A stretch of 64,000 nucleotides of DNA, from positions 3,867,450-3,931,449 of the forward strand of contig OY759746.1 in assembly GCA_963662795.1 (NCBI GenBank), written 5' to 3'. Origin of the DNA: Spirochaetia bacterium (GTDB lineage: Bacteria; Spirochaetota; Spirochaetia; CADAEX01). How positions within the stretch are numbered: position 1 is the stretch's first letter; every line of letters starts with the position of its first letter. Position numbers and translations under genes: made by a program. This document shows, one piece after another, positions 48,041 through 58,199 of this stretch. The notes below the pieces were generated by a model. That model saw nothing but the letters and a program-made list of their open reading frames with translations, did not search any database and was not told where the DNA came from.

Positions 48041-49398
48041 TTGGTGTTAACATCCCTGATTAACCACTCCGAGGCTGCCATCTGAAGGGGGTCCCAGGGG
48101 CTGCCAAGAGGCGGCGTATAACTTAAATCCATCTGAACAAATTCAGAAACTGTAACTCCTTTATGAATTGCAACAGCAATAATGTCAATTCTCTTTGAAA
48201 TTTCGGCTTTTATTGAACCTATAATCTGACATCCAAGAATTTTTTTAGTTTTTCTGCAGGCAGTAAATCTTATTCTTGTGCTGTAGGCAGGCTGGTAATA
48301 AACCTTGTGATCCCATGTTGTAAAATCTATTGTTAAAGGGCTGTAACCGGCAGCAGAGGCTTCCCTGTAATTAAAACCTGTTCTTGCAATTACTGTATCA
48401 AAAAGCTTGATCGACTGAGTCCCGAGTGTACCAGGATATACACTTACATGTCCGCAGATATTCTCACCAATAATCCTTCCCTGTCTATGTGCAGAAGTGC
48501 CGAGTGCAATATATACGGGTTTTTTTGTAATTACATGTACAGACTCTGCACAGTCTCCTCCTGCATATATATCCCTGATATTTGTTTCCATTTTTCTGTT
48601 TACTTTTATAGCGTCTTTAATACCTGTTTCTATACCTGCAGTTTTGGCAAGTGAGGTTTCAGGAAGCGCCCCGACTGCAACCAGGGCCATATCAGCTGTC
48701 AATGCAAGATCAGGTGAAGCAGTTATATGAAGCCTTCCGTCTTTTTTTGTAATTTTCTCTATTTTTCTTCCGGTAAAGATTTGTGCGCCTTTTTTTTCCA
48801 GCTCATTTTTAACCAGTTCACTGAACTCTTTATCAACAGTTGTTAAAATCCTGTCAAAGAATTCTACAACTCTTACCTTTATTCCACGACGGAGAAGAGC
48901 CTCTGTCATCTCAAGGCCAATATACCCTCCGCCTATTATGACAGCATCTTTAGGTTTCCTTTCTTTTATGAAATTATCTATAGAGAGTGCTTCATCAATC
49001 CACCTCAGTACAAACACACCTTCAAGATCCATACCTTCAAAATCAGGCCTGATTGATTTACCGCCGGTCCCAAATACAAGCTTGTCATAAACAAGTATTT
49101 CATTTTTACCTTCTGATGCAATATATGAGATCTCTTTTTTTTCAGGATCAATTGATGTTACTTTTGAATCAAGAAAAAGTTTTAATCCTGTTGCCCGGAT
49201 ATCATCAGCAGTTCTGTGAGCCAGATTTTTATAATTATCTATCTCGCCGCCAAGAAAAAAAGGAATACCGCAGATGCTGAAATTAGGAAAGTGATTATTT
49301 GAAACAATTGAAACATCTGAATCCCTATCAAGCTCACGGATCCTGAGTCCTGCAATAATTCCGACATCGCTTCCGCCTATAATTACAGTTTTATTCAT
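48037..49398 (-). CDS. CoA-disulfide reductase/NADH oxidase-family flavoprotein
   Basis: SICGIP redox Cys, GGGYIGLE, YAGGDC, YTPP. Confidence 0.88.
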   Translation of the reverse strand: MNKTVIIGGSDVGIIAGLRIRELDRDSDVSIVSNNHFPNFSICGIPFFLGGEIDNYKNLAHRTADDIRATGLKLFLDSKVTSIDPEKKEISYIASEGKNEILVYDKLVFGTGGKSIRPDFEGMDLEGVFVLRWIDEALSIDNFIKERKPKDAVIIGGGYIGLEMTEALLRRGIKVRVVEFFDRILTTVDKEFSELVKNELEKKGAQIFTGRKIEKITKKDGRLHITASPDLALTADMALVAVGALPETSLAKTAGIETGIKDAIKVNRKMETNIRDIYAGGDCAESVHVITKKPVYIALGTSAHRQGRIIGENICGHVSVYPGTLGTQSIKLFDTVIARTGFNYREASAAGYSPLTIDFTTWDHKVYYQPAYSTRIRFTACRKTKKILGCQIIGSIKAEISKRIDIIAVAIHKGVTVSEFVQMDLSYTPPLGSPWDPLQMAASEWLIRDVNTK

Positions 49399-49400
49399 TA

Positions 49401-49748
49401 TTAATTCCTCAGCACTGTCTTATTTTCAGAAAACAAATATCTTGAACTTCTTTCAAAATTCATTCTGATTACATTCTCAATACATCCAATGAAATCCAGT
49501 AGACACTTGCAGCGCAGGGAGTAGTAAACAGTAGTCCCCTTTTTTGTATCATCAATTATTCCTGCGTTTTTAAGAATTGATAGATGCTTTGATGTAGTTG
49601 ACTGATCAATTCCAATTAGCGCCGCAAGTTCGCAAACGCAGTATGGCTTTTCATTGAGTTTGTCTACAATAAAAATCCTCGAAGGGTGGGCAATTGCTTT
49701 AAGTATTATTGCCCTGCTTTCACTTTTAAATTTTTCTTCTTCTGTCAT
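49401..49748 (-). CDS. ArsR/SmtB-family repressor
   Basis: KAIAHPSR, CVCELA, QSTTSKHL; start placed at MTEEE. Confidence 0.9.
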   Translation of the reverse strand: MTEEEKFKSESRAIILKAIAHPSRIFIVDKLNEKPYCVCELAALIGIDQSTTSKHLSILKNAGIIDDTKKGTTVYYSLRCKCLLDFIGCIENVIRMNFERSSRYLFSENKTVLRN

Positions 49749-49801
49749 TTTAAATCCTTTAATAATGATACATATAAAAATTACTATTATCAATAAGGTT
49801 A

Positions 49802-49837
49802 TTGACATTTTAATGGTTTTATGGCTATTTTACCATA
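49802..49837 (+). promoter_or_regulatory. Probable sigma70 promoter with an overlapping ArsR-type operator
   Basis: TTGACA at 49802-07; inverted repeat TATGG-N8-CCATA at 49820-37 over the -10 region, between divergent arsR and permease genes. Confidence 0.5.
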
Positions 49838-49862
49838 TAAGAATGATAAGAAAAGGAGCGAT

Positions 49863-50342
49863 ATGACTTTAGCAGCATATATTCTTACAGTATTTCTGTT
49901 AATTTTTTCCTTTTTTAAAAACAGGGATAATACAAAAAAAGCAGTAAAAAAGGCATGGAAAGCTTTTGAGAATATTTTACCGCAGTTTCTGGTAGTTATA
50001 CTGCTGGTTGGAATACTGCTAACCGCTCTGGATGCGGAAACCATATCAAAGCTTATAGGAAATAAATCAGGCTGGTACGGAACAGTGATTGCTTCAATTA
50101 TCGGCGCAATAACACTTATCCCTGGATTTGTAGCTTTCCCTGCAGCTTCATTGCTGCTTCAGAATGGTGCCGGATATATGCAGACAGGAGCATTTATATC
50201 ATCACTTATGATGGTGGGTGTTGTTACCATACCAATTGAACGAAAATATTTCGGCTTAAAGATAACGATTTTAAGGAATTTATTTGCGTTTATATTTTCA
50301 TTTATCGTTGCAGGTGTAATTTATGGAGTATTTTTTGTATGA
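49863..50342 (+). CDS. DUF318/ArsP-like half permease
   Basis: IPGFVAFP, GAG, E..YFG, RN. Confidence 0.8.
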   Translation: MTLAAYILTVFLLIFSFFKNRDNTKKAVKKAWKAFENILPQFLVVILLVGILLTALDAETISKLIGNKSGWYGTVIASIIGAITLIPGFVAFPAASLLLQNGAGYMQTGAFISSLMMVGVVTIPIERKYFGLKITILRNLFAFIFSFIVAGVIYGVFFV

Positions 50343-50557
50343 AATATTTTTTAATTCGCTATAGAGCGTTTATTCTGACCTCTTTTTTAATTGCTGTTAT
50401 TACTTTAATTAACCGTGAATTCGGAATAAGGGCAGTCAAATTATCTTTTTACAGTACAAAAGAGATGCTTTTAATCATTCCCCCGGTGTTAAGGAAACTA
50501 TTCTGGCCAATCTGCCGGATTAATAAATATCATATTTATTACAGGAGAATAAAATGA
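50339..50557 (+). pseudogene. Truncated partner half permease
   Basis: Family-like N-terminus up to KEMLLIIPPV, then sequence that looks unrelated. Confidence 0.55.
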
Positions 50558-50796
50558 AAATACAGATTTTAGGGACAGGGTGTCCAAAATGCAAAATGCT
50601 TGAAGCAAATGCACAGGCAGCTATCGGTGAAATTAATCTTGATGCTGTAATTCTGAAAGTAACAGATATCAATGAAATCATGGATTTCGGTGTAATGATG
50701 ACACCTGCGCTTGCAATTGACGGTGATGTAAAAAGCGTCGGCAAGGTTTTGTCAAAGAAGCAGATAATCGAAATACTTCAAAAGGAGGATAAATAA
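50554..50796 (+). CDS. Small redox-active disulfide protein (MTH895-type thioredoxin)
   Basis: GTGCPKC, GVMMTPALAIDG. Confidence 0.9.
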   Translation: MKIQILGTGCPKCKMLEANAQAAIGEINLDAVILKVTDINEIMDFGVMMTPALAIDGDVKSVGKVLSKKQIIEILQKEDK

Positions 50797-50797
50797 T

Positions 50798-51169
50798 ATG
50801 GCTGAATGCTGCTGCGGAAATAATGGAGTGAAGCTTATTTATTCATGTTCGGGAGCTGCCAATACAGGATATCTGGCTGATCAGACCGCAAGAAAAATGA
50901 TGAAAAACGGAAAAGGGAAGATGACATGCCTTGCGGCGATTGGAGCTGATCTTTCAGGATTTATTGAATCTGCAAAATGTGCGCAGGAGAACATAGTTAT
51001 TGACGGTTGTCCTGTGGGATGCGGGGAAAAAATATTTAAAAAGATGGGTCTTAACTATACACATTTTGTTACTACAGATTTTGGTGTTGAAAAGGGTAAA
51101 ACAGAAATTACTGAAGAGATTGTGGAAAATACTTCTGATAAAATTATTTATTTGGTAAATCAAAGGTAA
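50798..51169 (+). CDS. DGC-domain putative zinc-binding protein
   Basis: CSGAANTG, CLA, IDGCPVGC. Confidence 0.88.
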   Translation: MAECCCGNNGVKLIYSCSGAANTGYLADQTARKMMKNGKGKMTCLAAIGADLSGFIESAKCAQENIVIDGCPVGCGEKIFKKMGLNYTHFVTTDFGVEKGKTEITEEIVENTSDKIIYLVNQR

Positions 51170-51173
51170 AAAA

Positions 51174-52364
51174 ATGACTAAAAAAGAAATTTCTCCCAAT
51201 GTAAATCTTTTAATTCTTTTTTCAGTTTTTATTGCTGCATATTTTATTCCTTTTTCGGATAAAACAGTTCAGGCAGGACTGAGTGAAGCATTTTACATGC
51301 TTCAGGAATATGCACAGCAGCATGTGATTTTGTGCCTCATCCCCGCTTTTTTTATCGCAGGGGCGATAATGGTTTTCTTAAACCAGCAGGCAGTAATTAA
51401 ATACCTGGGACCTAACGCAAAAAAAGTTACAGCATACTCAGTCGCATCTGTATCAGGAGCAATTCTTGCAGTTTGCTCATGCACGGTCCTGCCGCTGTTC
51501 AAGGGTATATATAAAAAAGGCGCAGGCATAGGTCCTGCTATTTCTTTTCTTTATTCAGGTCCAGCAATCAATATACTTGCGATAATTCTTACAGCAAAAG
51601 TGCTTGGCTGGCAGATCGGACTAGCGCGTGCTGTTGGCGCTATTGCTTTTGCATTTATTATCGGCCTTTTAATGCATCTGATCTTTAAAAAAGAAGATGC
51701 AAAAAGACTTGCGGATGAGCGGATGTTCCGGAACATGGATGAGGACAGTACAGGGAGAACACTTTCCATGAACTCTTTATATCTTTTTTCCATGGTGGCA
51801 ATTCTTGTATTTTTAAACTGGGCTCCTTCCGGCGGAACACTATCTGTATGGGATTTTATATATAAATATAAATTCATGATATCAGGTCTGCTTTTTGCAG
51901 CGCTTATTATTATGTTGATAAAATGGTTTACAAAAGAAGAACTTAAAAACTGGACAGTCTCAACAAGGGATTTTGCAATACAGATTTTGCCACTGCTTTT
52001 TTCAGGTGTACTTGTTGCAGGATTTCTATTGGGAAGGCCGGGTCACAGGGCGCTCATCCCTACTGAATGGGTTGCGTCTCTTGTCGGCGGAAACTCAATC
52101 GCCTCAAATTTAATTGCTTCTGTTTCAGGTGCATTCATGTATTTTGCAACTCTTACTGAAGTTCCGATAATGCAGGGTCTAATAGGCGCAGGAATGGGGA
52201 AAGGACCTGCTCTTGCGCTGCTTCTTGCAGGCCCGTCTCTATCCCTGCCTTCAATGCTTGTAATAGGCGGAGAACTGGGTTTCAGGAAAACCTTTGTCTA
52301 TGTAAGTCTTGTAATAATTATGTCTACCTTTGCAGGAATGGGATTCGGACTTCTGTTCCAGTAA
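51174..52364 (+). CDS. ArsP/DUF318-family permease
   Basis: HVILCLIPAFFIAG, VCSCTVLP, YFATLTEVP. Confidence 0.88.
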   Translation: MTKKEISPNVNLLILFSVFIAAYFIPFSDKTVQAGLSEAFYMLQEYAQQHVILCLIPAFFIAGAIMVFLNQQAVIKYLGPNAKKVTAYSVASVSGAILAVCSCTVLPLFKGIYKKGAGIGPAISFLYSGPAINILAIILTAKVLGWQIGLARAVGAIAFAFIIGLLMHLIFKKEDAKRLADERMFRNMDEDSTGRTLSMNSLYLFSMVAILVFLNWAPSGGTLSVWDFIYKYKFMISGLLFAALIIMLIKWFTKEELKNWTVSTRDFAIQILPLLFSGVLVAGFLLGRPGHRALIPTEWVASLVGGNSIASNLIASVSGAFMYFATLTEVPIMQGLIGAGMGKGPALALLLAGPSLSLPSMLVIGGELGFRKTFVYVSLVIIMSTFAGMGFGLLFQ

Positions 52365-52592
52365 AAAGCTGCATCTTTTTCAGAAGGAGTAATTCCTGTC
52401 AAATACAAAGAATAACTGGCCCTTTCAGCAGATGCAGCACTTGATTCGCAGTCATGCATTATGAATAACGTAAAAGCAGGAGCTACAAAGGCAGAAATAA
52501 TGGAAACAATTGGTGTAGCGAAATTTTCGAAATCCGCTACTGTAATTTCATCTTCTGCTGCAGCATTTGATTGGATTTATTCACAAGTATAA
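52365..52592 (+). pseudogene. Carboxymuconolactone decarboxylase/AhpD-like fragment
   Basis: SEGVIPVKYKE*LALSA...CIM...AGATKAEIMETIGVA; no start codon; internal TAA at 52413-15. Confidence 0.65.
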
Positions 52593-52623
52593 TATAATTT
52601 TTTTCAGATAAGGGGGAATTCAT

Positions 52624-52964
52624 ATGACGATAAAACTGATTCTTGACGGCGGTTTTAAAACTTGCTGCTCTGTAACATCCACAGAAACCATAGGGAGACA
52701 CTTAAAACCTGGATTCCTGAAAAAGCAGAACTGATTGTTATTGATAAAAAAACAGATAAATGGGAACCTGATGAGGCGGCATTACTTGCTGAAAAATATT
52801 TAAAGGATAAGGCTTATCCCCTTCTTTACTTAAACGGGACCCTGGCCATGACCAGCGGACTGCCAAACCGTAAAAACCTTTATGCCATGATTAACGGAGA
52901 ACAGCAGTACGGAGTCGATGAAAAAGACATTATCGCCGCTGCAAAAATCATGGAAATACAATAG
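52624..52964 (+). pseudogene. Frameshifted thioredoxin-fold/ArsD-like small protein
   Basis: SD plus ATG 52624 gives MTIKLILDGGFKTCCSV; it continues in another frame near 52692 as ETLKTWIP...YPLLYLNG. Confidence 0.5.
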
Positions 52965-53008
52965 ACGCTTTGTGCAGACAAGAAAATAAATTATGCGCAG
53001 GAGAAATA

Positions 53009-53590
53009 ATGCAGAAAATAAAATTAAACAGATCGCTTGTTATTAAAATTTCAGTCCCTTTTCTGGTGTTGATTCTTATAGCCGGGGTTTTTTCTCTGAA
53101 AAAAATGAAAAACCGAATTCCGGAAAAAACTTTAACCGCTGCGGAATCAGATGAAACAGATACACAGGCAATTGTGCAAGGGAATGTGGAATCCGCCAGT
53201 TTACATGTTATATCCCCTATAGATTTTGAGGCAATACGCTCATCCGGGCTTCCTGTCATAGTAGATTTCGGTGCTGATTCCTGTATCCCATGCAGGGAGA
53301 TGGCTCCGGTCCTTTTAGAACTTAACAAGTCTCTTGAAGGTAAAGCAATTATAAAATTTGTCGATGTGTGGAAATACCGTGATCTTGCAGATGGTATCCC
53401 ACTACAGGTAATTCCTACCCAGATTTTTTTCGATTCAAGCGGCAGGCCTTTCTCTCCCCCTGAATCACTTGAGATTCCATTTAATCTGTTCAATATAAAA
53501 GATACAAACGAACATGTTTTTACAACACATGAAGGGGGGCTTGACAAGGGCCAGATGCTAGCTATTTTGACTGCGATGGGAATGAAGTAA
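53009..53590 (+). CDS. Membrane-anchored thioredoxin-family protein
   Basis: N-terminal TM, DFGADSCIPC, IPTQIFFD, HEG. Confidence 0.88.
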   Translation: MQKIKLNRSLVIKISVPFLVLILIAGVFSLKKMKNRIPEKTLTAAESDETDTQAIVQGNVESASLHVISPIDFEAIRSSGLPVIVDFGADSCIPCREMAPVLLELNKSLEGKAIIKFVDVWKYRDLADGIPLQVIPTQIFFDSSGRPFSPPESLEIPFNLFNIKDTNEHVFTTHEGGLDKGQMLAILTAMGMK

Positions 53591-54294
53591 TGAATGCATT
53601 TATCAATTCATCTCTTCAGAATCTTTCTCTTTTGATTGAAACTAACCTGTGGATGGCTCCCTTATTTGCGCTTTCAGCCGGAATGCTTACAAGTGTCTCA
53701 CCCTGTTCCCTTTCAAGCATACCTCTGATAATTGCGTATGTAGGCGGAACAGGACGGGCAAATCCGGCTGCAGCTTTCCGTTTTTCACTTGTTTTTGCAC
53801 TCGGCATGTCAATAACCTTTACAGCGCTCGGCACATTTGCGGCTCTTCTTGGAAGGCTGTTCAATTTCGGCACTTCTTCCTGGTGGTATCTTCTGCTTGG
53901 GGCACTCATGATTGCGATGGCGCTGCAGATGTGGGGGATCATCACATTTATTCCAGCAAGCTATGCGCAGAATAAAAACAGCAGACGCGGATATTTTGGC
54001 GCTTTCATAACAGGAATACTCGGAGGACTATTCTCTTCTCCCTGCTCTACTCCGGTTTTAATTGCTCTTCTTGCACTGGTTGCACGCGGTGCAAATCCTC
54101 TCTGGGGTATTATTCTCCTGCTGTTATATTCGATCGGGCACAGTGTTCTTGTAATTATAACAGGTACATTTATGGGACTGACGGGAAAACTGACAAAAAG
54201 TTCCGGTTACGGTTTTTTTGCCAGGATTGTAAATATACTTCTCGGCGGCGGTATTCTACTCGCCGGTTTATACCTTTTTTATCTCGGATTTTAA
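53590..54294 (+). CDS. ccdA: CcdA/DsbD-type transmembrane electron carrier
   Basis: SPCSLSSIP and SPCSTP motifs, about 6 TM. Confidence 0.85.
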   Translation: MNAFINSSLQNLSLLIETNLWMAPLFALSAGMLTSVSPCSLSSIPLIIAYVGGTGRANPAAAFRFSLVFALGMSITFTALGTFAALLGRLFNFGTSSWWYLLLGALMIAMALQMWGIITFIPASYAQNKNSRRGYFGAFITGILGGLFSSPCSTPVLIALLALVARGANPLWGIILLLLYSIGHSVLVIITGTFMGLTGKLTKSSGYGFFARIVNILLGGGILLAGLYLFYLGF

Positions 54295-54299
54295 AATAA

Positions 54300-55174
54300 T
54301 TTCTGTCAGAATGATGTAACCTTTTTTTGGGAAACCAGTGAACTGTGCTGTTTGCTATCTTTACCAGTATAAGCATAACAGGAACCTCAACAAGCACCCC
54401 GACAATTGTTGCAAGAACAACCGGAGAAGATGCGCAAACAGCGATATTGCCACAGCTACTGCCAATTCAAAAAAATTGGAAGCACCGATCATCCCTGCAG
54501 GTGCTGCAATATCGTGGCTCATCCTGCATTTTTTACTTAAAAGATAAGCAATAAAAAATATTAAGAATGTCTGTATCGTCAGCGGAACTGCGATTAAAAT
54601 AATATGCAGAGGATTATTAATTATTACATCTCCCTGAAATGAGAAGATAATTATCAAAGTCAGCAACAGCCCGACGATTGTAATATCATTGAATTTTGCC
54701 AGAAATACTTTATTAAAATATACTTCTCCCTTATTTTTTATAACGCTGATCCGTGTCGGGATTCCTCCGGCAAGAGGAATAACCACAAAAAGGACAACAG
54801 AAAGCAGCAATGCTGCCCAGGGGATACTGATTCCGCCGATACCCAGCAAAAATGCAACTATTGGAGTAAAAGCAACTAATATTATCAAATCATTTGTTGC
54901 AACCTGCACAACAGTATACGCAGGATTACCTCTTGTAAGAAAACTCCAGACAAATACCATGACAGTACAGGGAACTGCTCCCAGAAGAATTGCACCTGCC
55001 AGATAATCTCTTGCAAAATTTTCTGAAATAAATGGGCGGAAAACGATGAAAAAGAAAAAAATAGGCAATTATATACATGGAAAACGGCTTTATCAGTCAG
55101 TTGGTTATCCATGTGATATAAAGTCTGCCGGGATTTTTACCGACATTTTTTATGCTTGTAAAATCAACTTTCAT
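54300..55174 (-). pseudogene. acr3: Acr3 arsenite efflux transporter, degraded
   Basis: MKVDFTSIKNVGKNP...ITN*LIKPF (TGA at 55097-99), PCTVMVFVWS, SNFFELAVAVA, LVEVPVML; two frameshifts; N-terminus missing. Confidence 0.85.
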
Positions 55175-55199
55175 ATTATTTTAAGGTCATCAATATTTT

Positions 55200-55958
55200 T
55201 TAGATACCTGTATTCCAGGTAGTCCGGCCGCGGAAGACAATATGCCCGCTCTCGGTGTTCTTAAGCTCATGATAAAAGATGCTCTCCTCTGTATCCGGAA
55301 GCGGAATAACAGTCGATTCAATATTTGTTTCTGAAGATATCTCTTCTATAAATTCAGCATATATTTCGCTCAACGTATTGTTTTTATAAAAATCATAAGG
55401 CATGGTATCAAGCGCCCACCTGATATAGCAGAGATTGTTGACATGGGAATTAATATCAAAATCACTTGCCCTTACACGGAATAAAGTGCTTATTCTTTCC
55501 CCGCCTTCATCATCTCCCGGTTTTTCCACCTTGATTTTAAAGTCATCCGCCATGACGGATTTTTCCACTACCGTTATATGGCTGATGGTTTCATCGACTC
55601 TGCAAAGCCTTCTGCTTCTGGTGTCTATCAGCATCCAGTTTGTTACAGAGCGGGCAACCTCATTCCCGGCCTCATCTGTTACCAGATAGTCACGGAGTGC
55701 GCGGAGCCCGGTCTTGCTGCGCGGCCATGTTTCAACAGTTACAAGGCTTCTCCATGAAGGAAAAGCAGAGAATTTTACATACTGCCTTGCAAGCATCCAG
55801 GTAAGGCTGTTCTTCGCGAGATCGTCAATACCGATATTGTTTTCCAGGCAGTAAAGGGAAGCGCATTCCTGCATCATCCCGAAAAGGACGGCAGGGGTAA
55901 CCTTGTTTTTCCCGTCTACCTGAAATGAGTTAACTGTAAAAGTGTCTTTATGTATCAT
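55200..55958 (-). CDS. Acyl-ACP thioesterase
   Basis: VETW, RDY, DFDINSHVNN..YIRW. Confidence 0.88.
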   Translation of the reverse strand: MIHKDTFTVNSFQVDGKNKVTPAVLFGMMQECASLYCLENNIGIDDLAKNSLTWMLARQYVKFSAFPSWRSLVTVETWPRSKTGLRALRDYLVTDEAGNEVARSVTNWMLIDTRSRRLCRVDETISHITVVEKSVMADDFKIKVEKPGDDEGGERISTLFRVRASDFDINSHVNNLCYIRWALDTMPYDFYKNNTLSEIYAEFIEEISSETNIESTVIPLPDTEESIFYHELKNTESGHIVFRGRTTWNTGI

Positions 55959-55988
55959 AGCGCGGTAATAATAAAGCCCAGGGGCAAA

Positions 55989-58136
55989 TCAAGTCAACCT
56001 TGGCAGGTCAACTGTAAAATACTTTTTAAACCTCTCAGGCAGAGGATCTGTTTCAATTGTCCCGAGTACGCTGTCCATTTCTTTTTGTCCCGAAAAAAGA
56101 TTTTTTCTTATTCCGTCTTTAAAGTCCTTTTCTCTTGTCCTCTTTATTTCTTTTTCTATCATCACAAGAACATCAAGATAGTCACATTTAAGTTTTTCAA
56201 GCAGTGATATATCAAAACCGGATTCATCATAAAGGTGCATTGCTACAGAGACCGCATGGGAAAGTTTTCTTGATTCATATAAATCGAATTCTTTTTCAAA
56301 CCTGTCATGAACTTCCTCCCAGGAATTAAGGGATTTGTCATTAACTGATTTTACAATCTCTTTTACAACCTTTTCAGGCAGGAGGTGTCCGCCGACATTT
56401 ACCCAGTTTTTCTCCCGCTGCGGAGTAAAAACCGCTTTTAAAAGCAAGTCAAGGTTTCCTGACGCGCTTTTTATAAACCGGGAAATTACATAACCGCTGT
56501 AGAAAATAAGCATTTCCCTGTATGCCCTTTCCGCTTTATCTACGCGCATAAGCTTTACGCCCCTCCCTGACCCTTCAATTTCATCCGGAGGGAGCTCAAG
56601 GTTTATGGATTTGGATTCTGTCTCAATTCCAACAGCCTTTTTTCTCCTTTCTTCAATCAGGGAAACAGCATTTATTACCTCTTCTGCGGTATCAGGGGCC
56701 ATAAAATCAAGTTCAACCCCTTCCATTTCCTTTATCCCTGCGCTGCGGTCTTTATATTTGAAAAAATTCCTGAAAAGGGCATACATATTATAGAGCCACC
56801 AGTAAGCCGGAATTATATCAAGACAGTTTTCCGCAGTGTTGTTGCTTACAAGCGAAAACGGGAATTTTATATCCATTTCATATGGAAAGTCAGATTTAGC
56901 CAGCAGACAGAATGAGGCAAATCTTGAATTAAACCTCACAGATGATGAAAGTCCGGGCCAGAAACCCCGGCCCGCCCACATTTCGCAGTCATTCATCCTC
57001 CCGTTATGGTTTGACCCAAGTGTCGCCCCTGCCGCGATATTGCTCTGACCCATTACGGCGGATGCAATAAGAAAAGAATTATTATGGTGCTGTTCATGGC
57101 ATGATAAAATAAAACTGCTCTGCACCTCGCAGCAGGAGATATTTGAGCTGCAGCCGAGATATGAGTGGATAAATCTTGCCCCCAGTTTCAGGGTGCTTCC
57201 GCCTGCCATCATAAAGTCCTCTGCAACAGAAGAACTTTCAATCCTGCACCCTTCAGTGAGAATTCCCCTCCTCACAACAGCATTGTCAAGAATAAAAGTC
57301 GGATTCAATACAGATGATCCGGCAGTAACATCATCAACGCAGGAAGCCCTCTCTATGGTACATTTCCTGCCTGTCATTGTATTTCTTACAAGAGAAGTTC
57401 CCTTGATAATCGTATAGTCGTCGAAAAAACTGTAATAACCGTTACTGCTGTCAAAACTCTTAAGTGTGAAATCCAGCAGTCTTTCAGAAAAGGCACCCTC
57501 TCCCCTGTATTTTAACCAGAGCACTATATCAAAAGCAGTAATTCCGCTGAAAAGCGCAACACTTCTTCCTCCCCGTTCGTTAACAAGGTTAACTTTACGC
57601 AGAGAAGAAACATTTTCTCCTTCTTTAATTATGCAGTTGCCGAATTTGGCGTTTTCGGTGGTAAATATTTCATTATTGTCTGTAAATACTACAAAATTTC
57701 CTGTTATAACCGCGGATATCAGGCTGTTATTGTGTATAGCGCAGTAATCACCTATGTCAGATGAAACTACACGGCAATTTGTAATTCCGCAGGGATAGCT
57801 TTGCTCCTTATCTGATAAAAACCCTTTTTCAAGGCATCCTATACGGACTACCCCTTCAAAAACAGTATTTTTTAAAATCCCGGGATCAAACGGGTCTTTT
57901 ACCTGCAGCAGTTTCCAGTCAGCAGAGCTGCATCCGTTTTTTTCCAGTACTGTAATTTCTGCAGCACTCAGGGACCTGGCATTGTTATATCGTGTTCCTG
58001 TTTGTCTCATCCTGATTTCACTCAAGGTGTTCCCTGGGAAAATCCCTGTTTCGCTCTGCTGCACCAGGCCGGCAGGGAAAAAACTCTGTTTGGCTCTTTC
58101 TTTCATTCTGATATCCTGTACTACATATTTTAACAC
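55989..58136 (-). CDS. DUF4954-family protein (beta-helix)
   Basis: SCCEV, HEQHHNNSFLIA, AGATLGSNHN, RGFWPG, PAYWW.YNMYAL.RN. Confidence 0.75.
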   Translation of the reverse strand: MLKYVVQDIRMKERAKQSFFPAGLVQQSETGIFPGNTLSEIRMRQTGTRYNNARSLSAAEITVLEKNGCSSADWKLLQVKDPFDPGILKNTVFEGVVRIGCLEKGFLSDKEQSYPCGITNCRVVSSDIGDYCAIHNNSLISAVITGNFVVFTDNNEIFTTENAKFGNCIIKEGENVSSLRKVNLVNERGGRSVALFSGITAFDIVLWLKYRGEGAFSERLLDFTLKSFDSSNGYYSFFDDYTIIKGTSLVRNTMTGRKCTIERASCVDDVTAGSSVLNPTFILDNAVVRRGILTEGCRIESSSVAEDFMMAGGSTLKLGARFIHSYLGCSSNISCCEVQSSFILSCHEQHHNNSFLIASAVMGQSNIAAGATLGSNHNGRMNDCEMWAGRGFWPGLSSSVRFNSRFASFCLLAKSDFPYEMDIKFPFSLVSNNTAENCLDIIPAYWWLYNMYALFRNFFKYKDRSAGIKEMEGVELDFMAPDTAEEVINAVSLIEERRKKAVGIETESKSINLELPPDEIEGSGRGVKLMRVDKAERAYREMLIFYSGYVISRFIKSASGNLDLLLKAVFTPQREKNWVNVGGHLLPEKVVKEIVKSVNDKSLNSWEEVHDRFEKEFDLYESRKLSHAVSVAMHLYDESGFDISLLEKLKCDYLDVLVMIEKEIKRTREKDFKDGIRKNLFSGQKEMDSVLGTIETDPLPERFKKYFTVDLPRLT

Positions 58137-58161
58137 AAAATACTTTATATTAAATATTAAA

Positions 58162-58190
58162 TTGACAAAAAAATCTGCCTCACATACAAT
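58162..58190 (+). promoter_or_regulatory. Sigma70 promoter of trkAH
   Basis: TTGACA-17 bp-TACAAT. Confidence 0.75.
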
Positions 58191-58199
58191 ACAGCTGTT

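Noticed and set aside
55097-55099. TGA recoding (Trp or Sec) in acr3
   Set aside because: The same gene also has frameshifts and a missing N-terminus, and TGA is a normal stop elsewhere in the window.
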